Made by a program: the position numbers and the translations under genes | Part shown: positions 1-15,040 of the stretch, in pieces | Numbering within the stretch: position 1 is the first letter of the stretch | How the letters are laid out: every line of letters starts with the position of its first letter | Origin: the human T2T-CHM13v2.0 reference genome, Homo sapiens | Direction: 5' to 3' (one strand) | Length of the DNA stretch: 64,000 nucleotides | Assembly: GCF_009914755.1 (NCBI RefSeq) | Contig: NC_060935.1 | The notes under the pieces: generated by a model | Database searches by the model: none | What the model saw: only the letters and a program-made list of their open reading frames with translations | What the model was told of the DNA's origin: nothing

Positions 1-146
1 ACAGCTCTGGTCCCACTCAGCTCCTGTGGGCTCTTGCTGTAGGCTTAGCACATTGGAAAATATTTCTCGCACAGATTGGAGAAAAACAACTTGGAAATGT
101 TCTCTTTTCTAAAATGCATGAGATAATCAGCATAAAAGCTGATTGG

Positions 147-390
147 TAATAAAAATCATCCTTTATTTGTAGTTGTCTAGATGCCATATCACATCTTAAT
201 ACTTTATATGCATTACCACACATAAATCCTCACAGCCTCTTTATGATGAAGTTAGGCTATTATTTTCATATTACAGATGAAAAAATGGAATCTTTCAAGC
301 TTAAGTTGCTTCCTTTATAGTGGATAGTGGAGGAAAGATTCAAACAAGCATTCTAAATCTAGGAGCCTGAATTTTAGTACTTCACTATAG
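147..390 (-). mobile_element. MIR SINE
   Basis: aatcctcacagc..tattattttcatattacagatgaaaaaatgga..gattcaaac core. Confidence 0.6.
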
Positions 391-1662
391 AGCTGTTTGC
401 TTAGTTGCTGCTCTAGGAAATATTCTTGCCCCTGAAGGAAATAGAAAAAGAAAAGTGTGGCAACAGCTTAAGTAAACTAATCATGCAGAAAGAAAAATGC
501 CAAGCTTCTAATGTTGATCACCTGGGACAGATGGGTAATGATAATTGCCATCTTTACATATCTTTGTATTGTACTGGTTTTCCTGTTATAACAGGATGTA
601 TTAACTTTGTAATTTAAAAAACAGAAAAACTGAGAACAGAGATTTTTTTTAAAAAAAGGACAAAGAGAGGGAAAGAGAAGAAATGAACAAAGAAATGAAG
701 GAAAGAAGACTAATAATAGGATTAAGCATGTTAGAAATTTCAATATTGATAATGACGTATAGTTGGGAAAAAATTATAGAAAACAGCTATAGATTGAATT
801 GAATAAAGGAATGAATAAATGACTTTCAGGCTTATGGATTAATTTTTTCTTGATAAAAGACAAAATATCAAGATTTTGGAATTTACCTAATTACATTTGT
901 GGAAAGAATCAAACTGGTTTGGAGAGTTCTTATTTCCATCCCCTAGCCTATAATCCCCTTAGGTCATTACTCTCACTGTATGTTCCCTAGAAATATCCAA
1001 GAGCCTCGTCACAAGATTGGACCATCCAGCTAAAGCTACAGGTGAAGCACTTCACTCTGCCACACTGTTTATCTTCCCTCTATCCCAAGAGACACACATG
1101 ATAGGAGGAACCCTTGACAGTTACCAACAAAATTCAACCTCTTATCTTCACTGAAGCTTCTTTCTTTCTTATTCCAGGAAAGGCATATGACTGCCTCATT
1201 CTTAAAGATGTCCACTGATGAGAAATAATAACTTTTTTTATTCTTATATCCTAGGTCCCATCTATGTTCACAGTCTGAAATGTATTAATTACTTCTAACC
1301 TCAAGAATTATGATAGCCATTTAAATTCATTATTATGATAAAAGCACATAGTGGACAAATGATTACTACCCTCTGCACAATTAGTTTATATTCATATTCA
1401 TTTATATTCATTAAGCCATAAGCAGGTATTGGTTAAGTGTGAAACCACATGACAAATAGTATGCCTGTGTGGTATTATACTAATTTGGGAAGTAAATTCT
1501 AATTACTTACATCCAGTATGAGAAACTAAATTTCCAACTATTGCTTTGCTATTTCAAGCTCATTCAAACCTCCATCAGAAACTTCATACTTGGCTCCTAC
1601 TGATAGTCCCCTGGGTTTGTCATTTCATAGGATCTACCTATATAGTTACTAATGCATTCAGA

Positions 1663-1845
1663 GCAGCAGTTTTCAACCCTAGTGTACATTAGAATTACAA
1701 GGGGATCTTTTAAAAAATTGCTGTTTTGGCCTTACCCCAGATAAACTCAATCAAAACCGCTGAGGTATGCATGGGGCTTGAATGTCACTGTTTTTTTGAA
1801 CATCACAAGGTGCTTCTAATATAGAATCAGAACTGGGAAAGGATG
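1663..1845. mobile_element. MER5-family hAT MITE
   Basis: cagcagttttcaaccc..cattagaattacaagggga..aatcaaaa..ggtgcttctaat. Confidence 0.6.
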
Positions 1846-2788
1846 AGTTAGACATTTAAGTGGGAAGCAAAGTCTAAGGATAGAATCTTTAGGGGGAAAT
1901 GATCTGGGTAGGAGCTTTTCTTATCTATACCCTTGGATTATAAGGCAAAGAAAAACATTCCTTATTCCTCATTATTCTAAACGGAGATTTGGAGCTTGTT
2001 CAAAAACACTTGGATAATAGATGGAAAGTTAAAATATATGTCAAGTCAAAATCCTCAAAATATTAGATATTAGTTTTAGTGAATTTTGGGCACATTTCAA
2101 CTGGCCTGCCAACTTTCAAGTCCTCTGCAATTATTATCCAAAATGTACTTGAAACAAGCTTAATTTATTCTTTTATCTTCTCTTTGATGTAACTATAGAT
2201 GGAAGTAGAACGCAATGTAATTGTGTTATTTCAGACAATAAAACAAATCATCTACCACAGAGAAGTAATCATGCCATTTAAATTTGTCATGGTTGCCTGA
2301 ACACCTGTCATCTTTTATTTTTAGGGCCTGACTATATTCCCCTAATAATTCTAGTTGAAAAAGAATCATCAACACAGCAAAATAAATATTTCTTCAGGAA
2401 AATTACATGCAAGTGAAGCATCTAATCAACATGTAAGTACAGCATAGGATGGTGTGAAAGTTTCTAGGGAACACTCACATTCAAGAGAAATCAGCTTCAT
2501 TCAGTGTGTGTGTGTGTTTTTTTTTTTTTTTAACAAAAAGGAAGCTATCTTAAAGCTCATTGACTATATTTCTTTTGATGAGATTCTTGTTAATTCACTC
2601 AGATACAATTAAAAATACTGAAGGTGGTAATAAATTCTGCAACCAAAGAAGTACTGAAGGAATCTCAAAGACAATATTTTAAGTGATAGGGGAGTGTCTA
2701 ATGTGAAATTTTACTTACTCATAAATACCATGCTGTTTTAGCTTATAATTACAAACAAGCAGTGTAGCCAGTGGAAGGAAGGTATCCA

Positions 2789-3083
<295 letters not shown>

Positions 3084-3202
3084 GAAGAAGGGTATTCTTA
3101 AAGAATGCAGATATGGGACTTCAAAGCCCAACTATTACAAATCATTTAATAATATGTTAATAATTGCTCATAATTGACAGAGACTAGTTTCCATCTTCTA
3201 CA

Positions 3203-3720
<518 letters not shown>

Positions 3721-4363
3721 ATTTAATTAAATTGTTTAAAAGTGAAATTCTGCCTCTTGAAACCTGACTCTTAAAAAGTGGTTTCAGGGAAAAGATGAGT
3801 AAACACTAGGAGCCTGAAGGCATGTAACAAAAACATCTAAGTTTTGCAAAAGTTTTCTTTTAAATGGATTAACGTGATTCTGGTGTATTTACTAAGTGAC
3901 GCATGCATTTTACTTTAACATTTATTGCATCTTTACGTGAGACCCCTTTATGTTTTAGAATAATGTAATTCCTTTTTCCATTTCTCAAGACCCCCACAAG
4001 GTAAAGGAAAAAAAAGTGAACTGAAAACTCTGTAAACTGCATCATATTAGACATTTTCTAAGAGTCTTCACACTAAAAAACATACCACTTGGCAGAAATA
4101 TGATTGAGGCCAGGAGGTGAAATCCCAAGACCACATATTAACTCAGCTCTGTTTACTAAGACAGTCATTAGAAATATGTGAACAGAGGAGAAATTGGCAT
4201 CAACGTTGCAAGAATTATAAACTCTGCTTTTTACATTTATTCTTTTTACATTCATAATGGATTTTCAGGGCTACATTGTCAAGGTCTCTATTTCAGGTCA
4301 CTGAAAGGATTCTGCAACTCTGAGACACATTTTCCAAGACACAGAAATAGTTTAGGATCAGAC

Positions 4364-4372
4364 TGTGTGTGT

Positions 4373-4415
<43 letters not shown>
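4364..4415 (+). repeat. (TG)n microsatellite, one TA interruption
   Basis: Read directly. Confidence 0.97.
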
Positions 4416-4416
<1 letters not shown>

Positions 4417-5937
4417 TTAACCTTTGTAGAGCATGTTCTCTTTTATGGACCTAAGAAAGGATGTGTGAAATTATGTTACGGATTTATTAACGGCTCTTTT
4501 CAGTTCTTTAAGAGACATTTATTAAACAGGATTTAATAAAAGGGTTGTTTTATGTAAGTAGAATGTATGATAGAGTTTCTATTTCTCAAGAATAGGCATT
4601 GGAGAAGGGAAATAAAAGAATATGTACCTCTGGTCCTCATTTTCCTACCTTGGGTGGAATCTGCAGACTCATTCTTTATTTTTCTCATAGTGCTTAGTCT
4701 TAATATTGAGGACAGTCGGAAAAGTTGAGGAATGTAAACTCAAATTTATAAAGCTAAGAGTGGTCTGAGCTGAGAATTCAATAAATGTTAGCTATAATAA
4801 TGTTATTAATATCATAATGAATAATAAGTATTATTACCAATGATGTAGATATACAAATGACATATTGAGAAACAACTGTTTCTTTCAGAACAAAAGGGAA
4901 ACTATATTAATGAATAATGTGATTTTAAAGTCAGTACCCTTATAACTTTGATTATTTTGAATCTGTCAGAAGCAGGTGGAAAAATTAATAAACAATAAAG
5001 AGCATATAACTGGGAGTTTTAAACTATGAAACTACTAGAAGAGAAAAACTATTCTCCTACACATTCACTAAGAAATTTTTATAAAATGTGTGTTGGGCAG
5101 TAGCAAAAGAAAGGAGACTATAAATGTGGAACAAGTACACATGGATTTATGTCCACACATGTATATAATCACGAAAATATTAAAGTCATGCAGTTTAAAA
5201 GAAGTCAAAAATTTTAATGGAAATTTGGAACCCAAAAATAAAGGCTAAAATATTGTATCTAGTGTCTTGAGTGGCTACTAAATTAGTAAAAATATTTAAA
5301 ATGGAAAAGGTGAATAGTTGGAGTTAGAAAAGAGGTAATGGTTTGATGATGTTCTACCCCTTTCCCGGCTGTTCCTGTTTCAAAATGACAAACAGGCAAA
5401 CTTAGTAGGGTGTGGATTGATTCAAGGAAGGTATGGCTGTGTAAAGACAGAATCTGTCAAAATGCTTAAAGGCAGCACGTGAATATTTTAAAGTACAATA
5501 TTTTCCATAGCCGTGGGACAGCTGAACAAAAGTTTCCAGGTATAAAATAAAAAACTATAAAAATAATTTTTCGGCAAACATGTTTGCATTTATGTTTTTA
5601 GGACCCAAGTAAAGGTAAAAGCAAAAACTATATATATTTGATTCACTGGATACAAACAGACATAGCATAGGTGCTTACCAAATTCTAAGTAACCAATCAA
5701 AATATAGAAACTCTAGATTATAAACTCCAGAAAGAAAACCTATCTAAATTCTAATACTAAATTTTCCATATTGTAACATACTCAGAAGGCATGTAATGAA
5801 TGATGAGAGTCTTCCTCCCGGATACTGTGCTAGTAAACATCCAATCAAAGAACCAGAAAGAAACTGATAGAGAATCCAAACCATTTAGTGTTAGACTTAC
5901 AGATTGAAAGACTGTGATTTTAAGATTCTGTGTGTGA

Positions 5938-6258
<321 letters not shown>

Positions 6259-8020
6259 AAAATCATATTCTTTTTTGCCTTTCCTGTGTCCCCCACCCAA
6301 TTCTGACATTTATTATGTTGATCCAGGTGAGATTACCTGCTCATGACTCTATTTTTTTTCATTGCTTAATGATTAGCATAGACATGTTTCTCTCTGTCCT
6401 GCACAACAAGCAAGATAAACCCAGTCATCATGACCCAGCAGAAGGTTCCAGCTCTCTTTCCATAAATGTTTTCAAAATGTTACTTATTAATACATAAGTA
6501 AATTTATTATTGTGTAATAAATATATACTGCTATGTTTTGCAATGCCAGCATAAGCAGACAGCTTGTGAATAATATTTTATAAAGAAAATTAGAAATCAT
6601 GGTCAATTACTTACCAACTTTAATATTATCTTTTTGAAACAAATACCAAAGCATTTTAAAAGGCTTTCCAAGCCTTGGATTAATAACATACATGATGTCA
6701 CCTAATATTGGGTGACAGGCCCCTGAGATGGCAGAGGTGTATTACTTCACTTCTTGTGTGTGCCTTGGTGTTCACAACAAGATGGTTGCCTGTAATCTGG
6801 TCTCCAGAGGTTTTATTTATTCGTACTGCAGCATCCACTACTTTCCTTGAATTTCTCTTCTGTGGTCTAATCACAAATATAAAAGCCTGCATTCCTTCTA
6901 TTCATTATATTTCTTATCTGACTGCATTGGAAAACTGCAACTGTACTCTTTTTCTCTGAGATATTGTAACATCATTTAATAAGTTATTCCGTAGATGATA
7001 ACCTAACTTCATTCTCATAGTGGACTTTGTAATTATTTTGAATTTCATGTTTCATTGTTCTTCCATTAAACGCAATTTGTACTTTATATTAAGGGATGAA
7101 AGAACCTCGTAAAATGATTAGTTAGCTATTTAGGAAACTTATCAAAGGCACTTGTTTTCTATTTTTTCAAGTCACAATAAACCAGTCCGAATGTAGATAT
7201 CATGAGTCCGTGATTCTTCAGAAAATTCTCTTTATTGCATACTAATTGTGGGCTGCTTGTGTGATATAGGTCAGAAAATACAAAGTTGCTATATAGATAT
7301 ATATATTTTTTTTTTTAAATTTAAGGCATCTTCTTCTTTCTTCAATCCCAGCTAGAGATTTATAACTTTACTGATTTCTCATTGAATTCTCATAAATTAA
7401 TCATTTTGATATGAATTTTGGTTCACATCTATTTTTCTTCTCCATGACTACCTTATTGCCTATAAAGTCTAAGTTCCTTAGACTGCAACTTCACTTGTCC
7501 TATATCTTCTTCTAATTAACATCAATCACCACTAATTTCTCTAATTCCACTACTTTAAAAGAAGCTTCCCAGACTAGATGAAATTCCCTTTCTTTGCAGT
7601 ATCACTTACCCTGCAATTTTACCTTAGAGCAGTTAACACAGCTGCAATTAATTATCTGTATCACTTGTTTTCTCTTTCTGGCCTGGGATTCATATTTAAA
7701 GAGATAACCTCAGGGCCTAGCATAGGACCTTACCTACAGTAAAAACAACAAATATTTCTTTAGTGGCTGTTTAATTAATGTTTTTCTCTTCCTCTTCACA
7801 CTTATGAAATGTTATTTCTCACAGTTCTTTCTTTTCCCACTGAAATAGCTGTATTGCATAGTAGGTGATTTCACCCACTCTATTAGTTTTCACTACAAAT
7901 TTTATATTGATGACTGTGAGATGAATATTACCAGCCCAGGAAAGCTTCCTATTGGACAACTCTAGTAGAATTTCCCATAGGTATCCAAACTCCATATAAT
8001 TAAAATTTGGCTTTACCTTC

Positions 8021-8372
8021 TGAGACAGCCTGTGGGAGAGGGTCCGTGGAGAAACTCCAACCAGCTTGCCCACTGAGGTCGAACCTAGGGAAGGTCATGA
8101 CGTTTGCAGCAGGGAGGAGCCTGAGCCTGGCACCTCCTCTTCCTATGTGGAACGTGGGATTCTAACCCTCTGGCCGGAAGTGGTCTAGGGGAGGGACTCT
8201 GGCCTTGAGAGAGTACCTGTTTCCCTCTTTTTTTTTTTTTTTTTTTATCCTTTTCACCCAGTAAAACTCTTCTTTACTCATCCTTTAAACTGGTCTGCGA
8301 GCCTGAATTTTCATGGCCATGAGATGGACAAGAACCCCATCTTTAGATGAACTAAGGAAAAGTCGTGCAACA
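8021..8372 (+). mobile_element. 5' LTR (MER61A-like)
   Basis: TGAGACAGCC...GGAGAAACTCCAACCAGC...GCAGCAGGGAGGAGCCTG...GTGCAACA; the poly(A) signal reads AGTAAA here. Confidence 0.88.
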
Positions 8373-9000
8373 TTGTTGCAGCAAAGTGGAGGCTCCAGAA
8401 GCCCTGAGTGAAATGGGGACTCAAAGCTTCTCACTGTTGCTTCTCAGCCTTTTAATCTTCAGACTTCAGAGTGTGGGGGAAGCCACGCCTCCACCCCGCG
8501 TAGCTCCCTGGCCTTTTCATGGCCTTTTCCTTCCTTTTTTGGGGCCCACCGGTAAGCAGCAGCTCCTTCCGCTCCCCGCTCCCTGCTGGGGTGGGGACCC
8601 ATGGCCCAGGGGTCCTGCACAGCTGGCTGGCTGGTTCCCAGCCACTGTGGGCTGCCCCAGCCTTCCCCTTCCCTGTCCAAGGGGTTTAACTCTATCAGAC
8701 AGTAATTAAGCTTAAACTTGTCTCCCTGGTGGAGGAACCACTTGCATATGAATAAGAGGTTGCATTTTCAAACTGTTTCTTTTCTTTCCCCTTCGCTACC
8801 CTGTCAGCAAGTTAACTTTTAAAGCTTTTTTTTTCTTTTAGAAGATGTTTTACTAGGCTAGCGCCCACCCTCCAACCCCCCAACTATCACTGTATTCGCT
8901 GCAAAGTTTTCGTGGTGAAATCAAGCTTCCATCTTGTTTTACGTCCTGAGGGCATGGCTGGTAACTGCTTGGCAAGGCTTAGTTCAGCAATACAGCCTGA

Positions 9001-9390
<390 letters not shown>

Positions 9391-10285
9391 TAAAGCGCCC
9401 CACCCAGCGACTGGGTTTTTTTCTGCCTATGTGTGTACTGTGTGTAATGTCTGTCAAAAGAGCTCTAATTAATTTGGCCTAAAGAAAGATAAGCACTTGG
9501 ATCTAATATTTTTTAAAGGGATGATAAAATCTGTGGTAACTTTCAGTTCCTGTGACTTTAATCTTTCAGAAATAAAAACAGCCCTAAAAACTATTAGTAA
9601 AATGCAGATCACATGCAAAGTTTGCTAAGTATTTTCAGGTTACAAACTGCTTTTTGGGTTTTGAGAACTATTTGACTTGGCGGCTTCGTAATTAGTAAGG
9701 CCTGGGGACAGATGGAACTAACCACACTTAACTAAGAAGGCAAACCTTGGCTGCAATTAGCACACAAAGCAACTTACCAAGTTTTACCTTAAAGTTAAAA
9801 TTGCTAGGAGTTCACTGAAAACTCCTAGAGATAGATTTACATGCAAGGTGTGTAAAAACAGTAAAATGTGTTTTTTAGTAAAAGGTTATAAGGAGGCATG
9901 GAAATGTAAACTAAAAGGATTGTTTTAAGTTAAAATAGGAAAAAGCTGAAGGTTCAAAGAAGTGGTGGAAGAATGGTGGAAATGAATCTTCCAGAAGAGG
10001 CTGTGTAAGCATATTGACTAAATTCAGTAAAAGGTATTTATAGTTTTTCTGTAAATTGAGCATTGAAATAAAAGCATAATAAGGTTTTCCTAAGGTGCTA
10101 ATCCACTTTTTAGCAAAATTTGCAAAGGGTTATAAAAGGTTTTTGCTTCTTTAAAATTTCTGAGTCATTTTGGAAAAATAACTTACGGTAATCTGGAATT
10201 CTATTTCATAATATCAAGTGTTTTAAACCTATAACATTTAACAGCCTTTCCAAAGTCAAACTTCAGCTTCAAAATTGTCTCTCCT

Positions 10286-10584
10286 GGCTGTGCGTGGTGG
10301 CTCACGCCTGTAACCCCAGCACTTTGGGAGGCCAAGGCGGGCAGATCACGAGGTCAGGAGATGAGACCATCCTGGCTAACACGGTGAAACCCCGTCTCTA
10401 CTCAAAATGCAAAAAATTAGCCAGGCATGGTGGCGGGCACCTGTAGTCCCAGCAGCTCAGGAGGCTGAGGCAGGAGAATGGCATGAACCCGGGAGGCAAA
10501 GCTTGCAGTAAGCCGAGATCACGCTACTGCACTCCAGCCTGGGAGACAGAGCGAGACTCTGTCTCAAAAAAAAAAAAAAAAAAA
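10286..10584 (+). mobile_element. AluY inserted in the ERV internal region
   Basis: accatcctggctaacacggtg and gagaatggcatgaacccggg diagnostics; poly(A); TSD ..gtctctcct / ..gtctttcct. Confidence 0.93.
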
Positions 10585-10972
10585 GTCTTTCCTGACACGT
10601 GGCTTTTCGAATACTTCAGGGGGCCCCTGAAATGTCCAGAGAAGAGAGGGAGACAGGATTATTTGACGTGTTTAGGTACATGGTCTTGCCAAAATAATGC
10701 TCAATCTTCTTTAGGTTATATCTTGGGGAATAATGATAACATATGTTCCCAAACTGTGTAGTATTTCTAAAATTCTAATGTCTAAGTATATGCCATCAAT
10801 CATAATTAAGGTTGTTATGTTAAATTATTGTAAACCACGGAGATAACCAAACTTATTTGTCAATCCTATTTCTAACTGTAACTACCCTGGACATTTTGCT
10901 ATTCACAGACAATTGTTGTTTGGTTTTAATCCTTTTCAAAAAATGGTTTATAATAGGCTATAAGACTCTGAC

Positions 10973-11064
10973 CACAGACTGTGTGGCTTAAACAACAAAT
11001 TATTTGCCCGTAGAGCTGGAGGCTAAAAGTTCAAGGCCAAGGTGCTGGCAGCATTGATATCTTA
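10973..11064 (-). mobile_element. MaLR (MLT1A/MST-like) LTR fragment co-inserted with the downstream Alu
   Basis: cacagactgtgtggcttaaacaacaaattattt..agctggaggctaaaagttcaaggccaaggtgctggcag resembles the MLT1 terminal segment, including the MLT1 copy at 58451 in this window. Confidence 0.7.
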
Positions 11065-11351
11065 GGCTAGGCGCAGTGGCTCCCACCTGTAATCCCAGCA
11101 CTTTGGGAGGCCGAGGTGGGTGGATCACAAGGTCAGGCGTTCAAGACCAGCCTGACCAACTTGGTAAAATCCCATCTCTACAAAAAATACAAAAATTAGC
11201 CAGACGTGGTGGCATGCAGCTACTCAGGAGACTGAGGCAGGAGAACCACTTGAACCCAGGAGGCGGAGGTTGCAGTGAGCCGAGATCACACCACTGCACA
11301 CCAGCCTGGGCAACAGAATGAGACTTTGTCTCAAAAAAAAAAAAAAAAAAA
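11065..11351 (+). mobile_element. Alu (AluSg-like) with a small internal deletion
   Basis: ggatcacaaggtcagg; lacks about 12 nt (GCCTGTAATCCC) in the right arm; poly(A). Confidence 0.9.
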
Positions 11352-13580
11352 AAGACCCTGACAAGTGCTCTCAGATACAATTTCTGATCATGTTTGAGAA
11401 ATCAGGTTTCTGATAACTTTGGAGATTGTGACATTGGAATAAAGGAAAATGTACAGGACTCATAAAGAGCTGAAGTGTTCACGAATATCAAGCAAAACAA
11501 GATTTAACTAACTTGACTGAACTCAGGAAGCTGAGCAAATCTTTTTGACTTTTGCTTGGAATGTTGCTGATCCTTGTTTTGTTTTTCATAGTCAAGAAAA
11601 CTTATTTTGAACTACTTAAGGCCTTTAATAATTAAGTAAGGCATACTCCTGTGGACAAAATTTGGAGCATGTTTGTTTCTCTCTGCCTGGTTCCTCTAGA
11701 ATTTGGAAACTTTCTGTGAGTATTCTTAATTTATGGCAATATTTGCATCAGTGCAATAAGAATCCACTTTTCTTTGTGACAGAACACAATTGGAGAAAAT
11801 GGTTATTTTACCAAGGCTTTGACTGGAAGGGTATGCTTTGATTTAAGGAGTCAATCTCCACTTGCAGAGCCAATAAAAACCCAATGGGGAAACTGGCCTC
11901 ATATCCTTGCCTACACAGTCCCTATGCAGGGTTCCTCACCTCTGGTCAATAAACAGTATAACTTTCTAACAGGTCCAGGGCTCCAAGTTTATCTTGGGAC
12001 CTTAAGGGGAGAGGATCACCCAACTCACAGGTATTTGAGAATGCAAGCCCATGGCTGGGCTCCGCTTTAAACGGTCTTATCTGAGATTCCTTGTGGAACA
12101 GACTTCTATCAAAGCCAATCCAAAAGGCCTATGTAGAAATAATTGCTCTTGCTGTACTTTATGCAAATAATCAGGCCAAGTATAAGACGGAAGTCTATTT
12201 TGAAAACCACTCAGTCCTATCATAATTTGTTTTCTAACAAACATGAGGTCTGGAGAGAAATAAATCATGCTTCAAAACTTATATATTTGTCATTAAATTC
12301 TAAACTTGTTGTTTTAAAGTTTTTTTGCCTACATTTTAGACTAACCCTGATTGTTCCTGTGAACCAACCAGCAATCTCCAGCTGTAGCTCAGAAAGAACA
12401 AAAGGGATGGGTAATGTAGAAATATGGACCAGTATTCTAGTTCTGAGCAATTATCCTGCAAATCTTTCCAGGTGATGGGAATAAATAGGATACCTATTAC
12501 TCAGCAGTTTCTTTTTGGTAAAGTAAGACCAAGGGAGTAACCAAAACAAAGCACTATGCACCCAAATTCTAGCAAGCATAACTATAACAGCCAGTTATCT
12601 GGGTGTGTCACAAGACATCCTTTCCTCTCCCTTGTTGGAGGAGGACACAGTTCCACAGTTTCATCTTACCATTCAGCTTATGATAAGGAGTTCATGCAAC
12701 CCCTCTTGAGACACATTTTTGTCCCAAACTCAATTCCAAGCTTCAGGTTAAAGCCCCAGGAAGGAAAACGATCTGAGGCATCCAGAAGCAAATGACAACA
12801 TAGGTTAAAAGGCACAGTGTAGGTGAGTATGGCTGATTCCCACCGATTAAGCCAACCCCAAGCTTCCTGTTTCATGGATAAAGACCACGTTAATATCCAT
12901 GGCATAAATGAGGTCTAGGGAACTCCAAGGCTACTGACAGTAGGTGGAAAAGAGACCTAAGTGAGAGCAGATAATTCCTGTTCTCTAGACCCCCCTGCTT
13001 CATGGGTGCAAGCCGCTTTAACACTCATGGCAGCACCTGCCAAGGTCGCTGGAACTCAGGGATGCAAGGACAGAAGAAGGGAAAGAGGACACTCTTCCTT
13101 GTCTCCCTTGCATACCCCGGTATCTCCTAAGAACTGAAGGGAACCAGGGATACCTGCTCCCCTCTTTCCAGATGGGTAGTCATTCATCTTCAGTCTGTAT
13201 CCCTTTAGAATGCATTCTGAAGCCTTGGGACTCCTTTGAAAAAATGCTTTCTTTTTATTCCTTTCTCCTCCTGGGTCCTCTATTCACTAATAGGTAATTA
13301 TGTCTCCATACTATGAGACAGTCCCCTCAGATGCATCCTCCAAACTGGAAAGAGTTAATTTCCTAAACCTTAAACTGATTGGCTTAAGATTGAGCTCAGG
13401 AGATGGGAACCCAGAAGCCCAACATGCTAGCAAAGGGATAAAGTTTTTTTTTGTTTTTTTTTGTTTTTTTTTTTTACCAGTCAGGCTATTGGCCTCCATC
13501 TCCCTGTGTAAACTGGTAAAAGACCTCAGAATTTTTGAGCTGTCTTTACTCCTCCCCTTGTTTTGTTTAGATACATGTTT

Positions 13581-13742
13581 TCTAATAACCCGGTTTGTCT
13601 GTTCTTGCCTCAGGCCATCAAACTCCAAACTCTCATGCAACCAGAGCCTCTGACAATGGCCCCTTTTGCTGGGAACCCTTAAATAGGCCTCTGGGGACTG
13701 CTGTTTCCCCAAACAGCAGCCCTGTCAGCAGGAAGCAGTTAA
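13581..13742 (+). pseudogene. Frameshifted remnant of retroviral env TM cytoplasmic tail
   Basis: Across frameshifts reads LITRFVCSCL / QAIKLQTLMQPEP / EPLNRP / SAGSS-stop, resembling the HERV-W/syncytin-1 env C-terminus (FVSSRIEAVKLQ..PLDRP..SAGSS). Confidence 0.65.
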
Positions 13743-13805
13743 GATCGGTCTTTGTCCTTATCCATAATCTAATGGCAGTTAGGTGTACTTCTTTAAAGGA
13801 GGGAA

Positions 13806-14164
13806 TGAGACAGCCATGTGGGAGGGGGGTCCCTGAAGAAACTCCAACCAGCCTGCCCACTGAGATGGAGCCCTGGGAAGTTCATGACGTTTGCAGCAGG
13901 GAGGAGCCTGAACCTGGCCCCTCTGCTTCCTCTGTGGAAACTAGGATTCCAACTACCTGGCAGGAAGTGCCCTAGCGGAGGGACTCTGGCCTTGTAAGAG
14001 TCCCTGTTTCCACTGCCTGTCCCCGCACTGTGGCTGTTCTTTTCTTTTCACCCAATAAAACCCTGCTTTACTCACCCTTTAAACCATCTGCAAGCCTGCA
14101 TTTTCAGGGCGTGGGATGGACAAGAACTCTGTTTTTAGATGAACTACGGAAAAGTCCTGCAACA
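13806..14164 (+). mobile_element. 3' LTR (MER61A-like)
   Basis: Homologous to the 5' LTR (roughly 85% by eye), retains AATAAA, preceded by purine tract AAAGGAGGGAA. Confidence 0.88.
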
Positions 14165-14479
14165 CTTCCTTTCCCAATCTTCACCTGGAACAATTTTTTT
14201 ACAACTAACTATAAACATTATCTTCTAATCACCCCTTACCTGCTGATCTTCCATTATTTCCACTAGTCAACAAATGTAAGAAGCCTTGTTTCCTTCTCTT
14301 CTCTCATCATACAATGAGAAAACAAGTCTGGCTAACTCGGTTTATTGTTTTTTAATTGGACCTTAACTTCCACCAATTATCTCTCTGTTAGGATAGTAAA
14401 ACAATCTCCAATATGGATTTCTCTTTGTCCTAGTCTTTTTAACCTTAAATTTTTTTTCTTCTGCCATGCTAGTAACCCA

Positions 14480-15040
14480 TTCAAAGCTCAAATCTAATAT
14501 CAATGCCACACAACCATTTAGAAAATGTTAATACTTCATCATCATCCGTAAGTTAAATTTAATAGGGTCAACATGCCATATACAAAGCTTTAAATCATTG
14601 TCTTCGTTTTGTCTTTAGCAATCTCCAAATTGAATGTTTAGTTCTATTATAGAAACACCAAGCCACTTGCAGTCTTCTATCATCATGATGTTGCTTGTTC
14701 CTTGACTTTGCTGTATTTGTTCTGGGAAAACTGACATATCACCTTCTACCACCTGGCTAACTCCTATTCATCCAGTAGGGCTCAATCTAGTTTGCTTTTA
14801 TTCATATAAAAAGCAAATCTGATTCTCCCTCTTCCAACTACACAGCCCAGATCTGTTTCCCTTCTCCCTGATTATATAATATGTGCTACCTCTTCCATTC
14901 AATTCATCATATTGTATTTGCAATATTGTTAACTCTTCGAAGGCAAGAGCTGTGTCACTTATTTTTGTATTAATAATAACTTTATTGTTGGCGTAGCAAA
15001 AACACTCAATAAATGTTCCACGAATAAATGAATGAATGTA
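14480..15040 (+). mobile_element. L2 LINE 3' fragment
   Basis: cctggctaactcctattcatcc; aggcaagagctgtgtc; cactcaataaatgttc..aataaatgaatgaatg tail. Confidence 0.6.

Noticed and set aside
8373-8395. Possible tRNA primer-binding site after the 5' LTR
   Set aside because: Too degenerate (ttgttgcagcaaagtggagg) to assign a tRNA.
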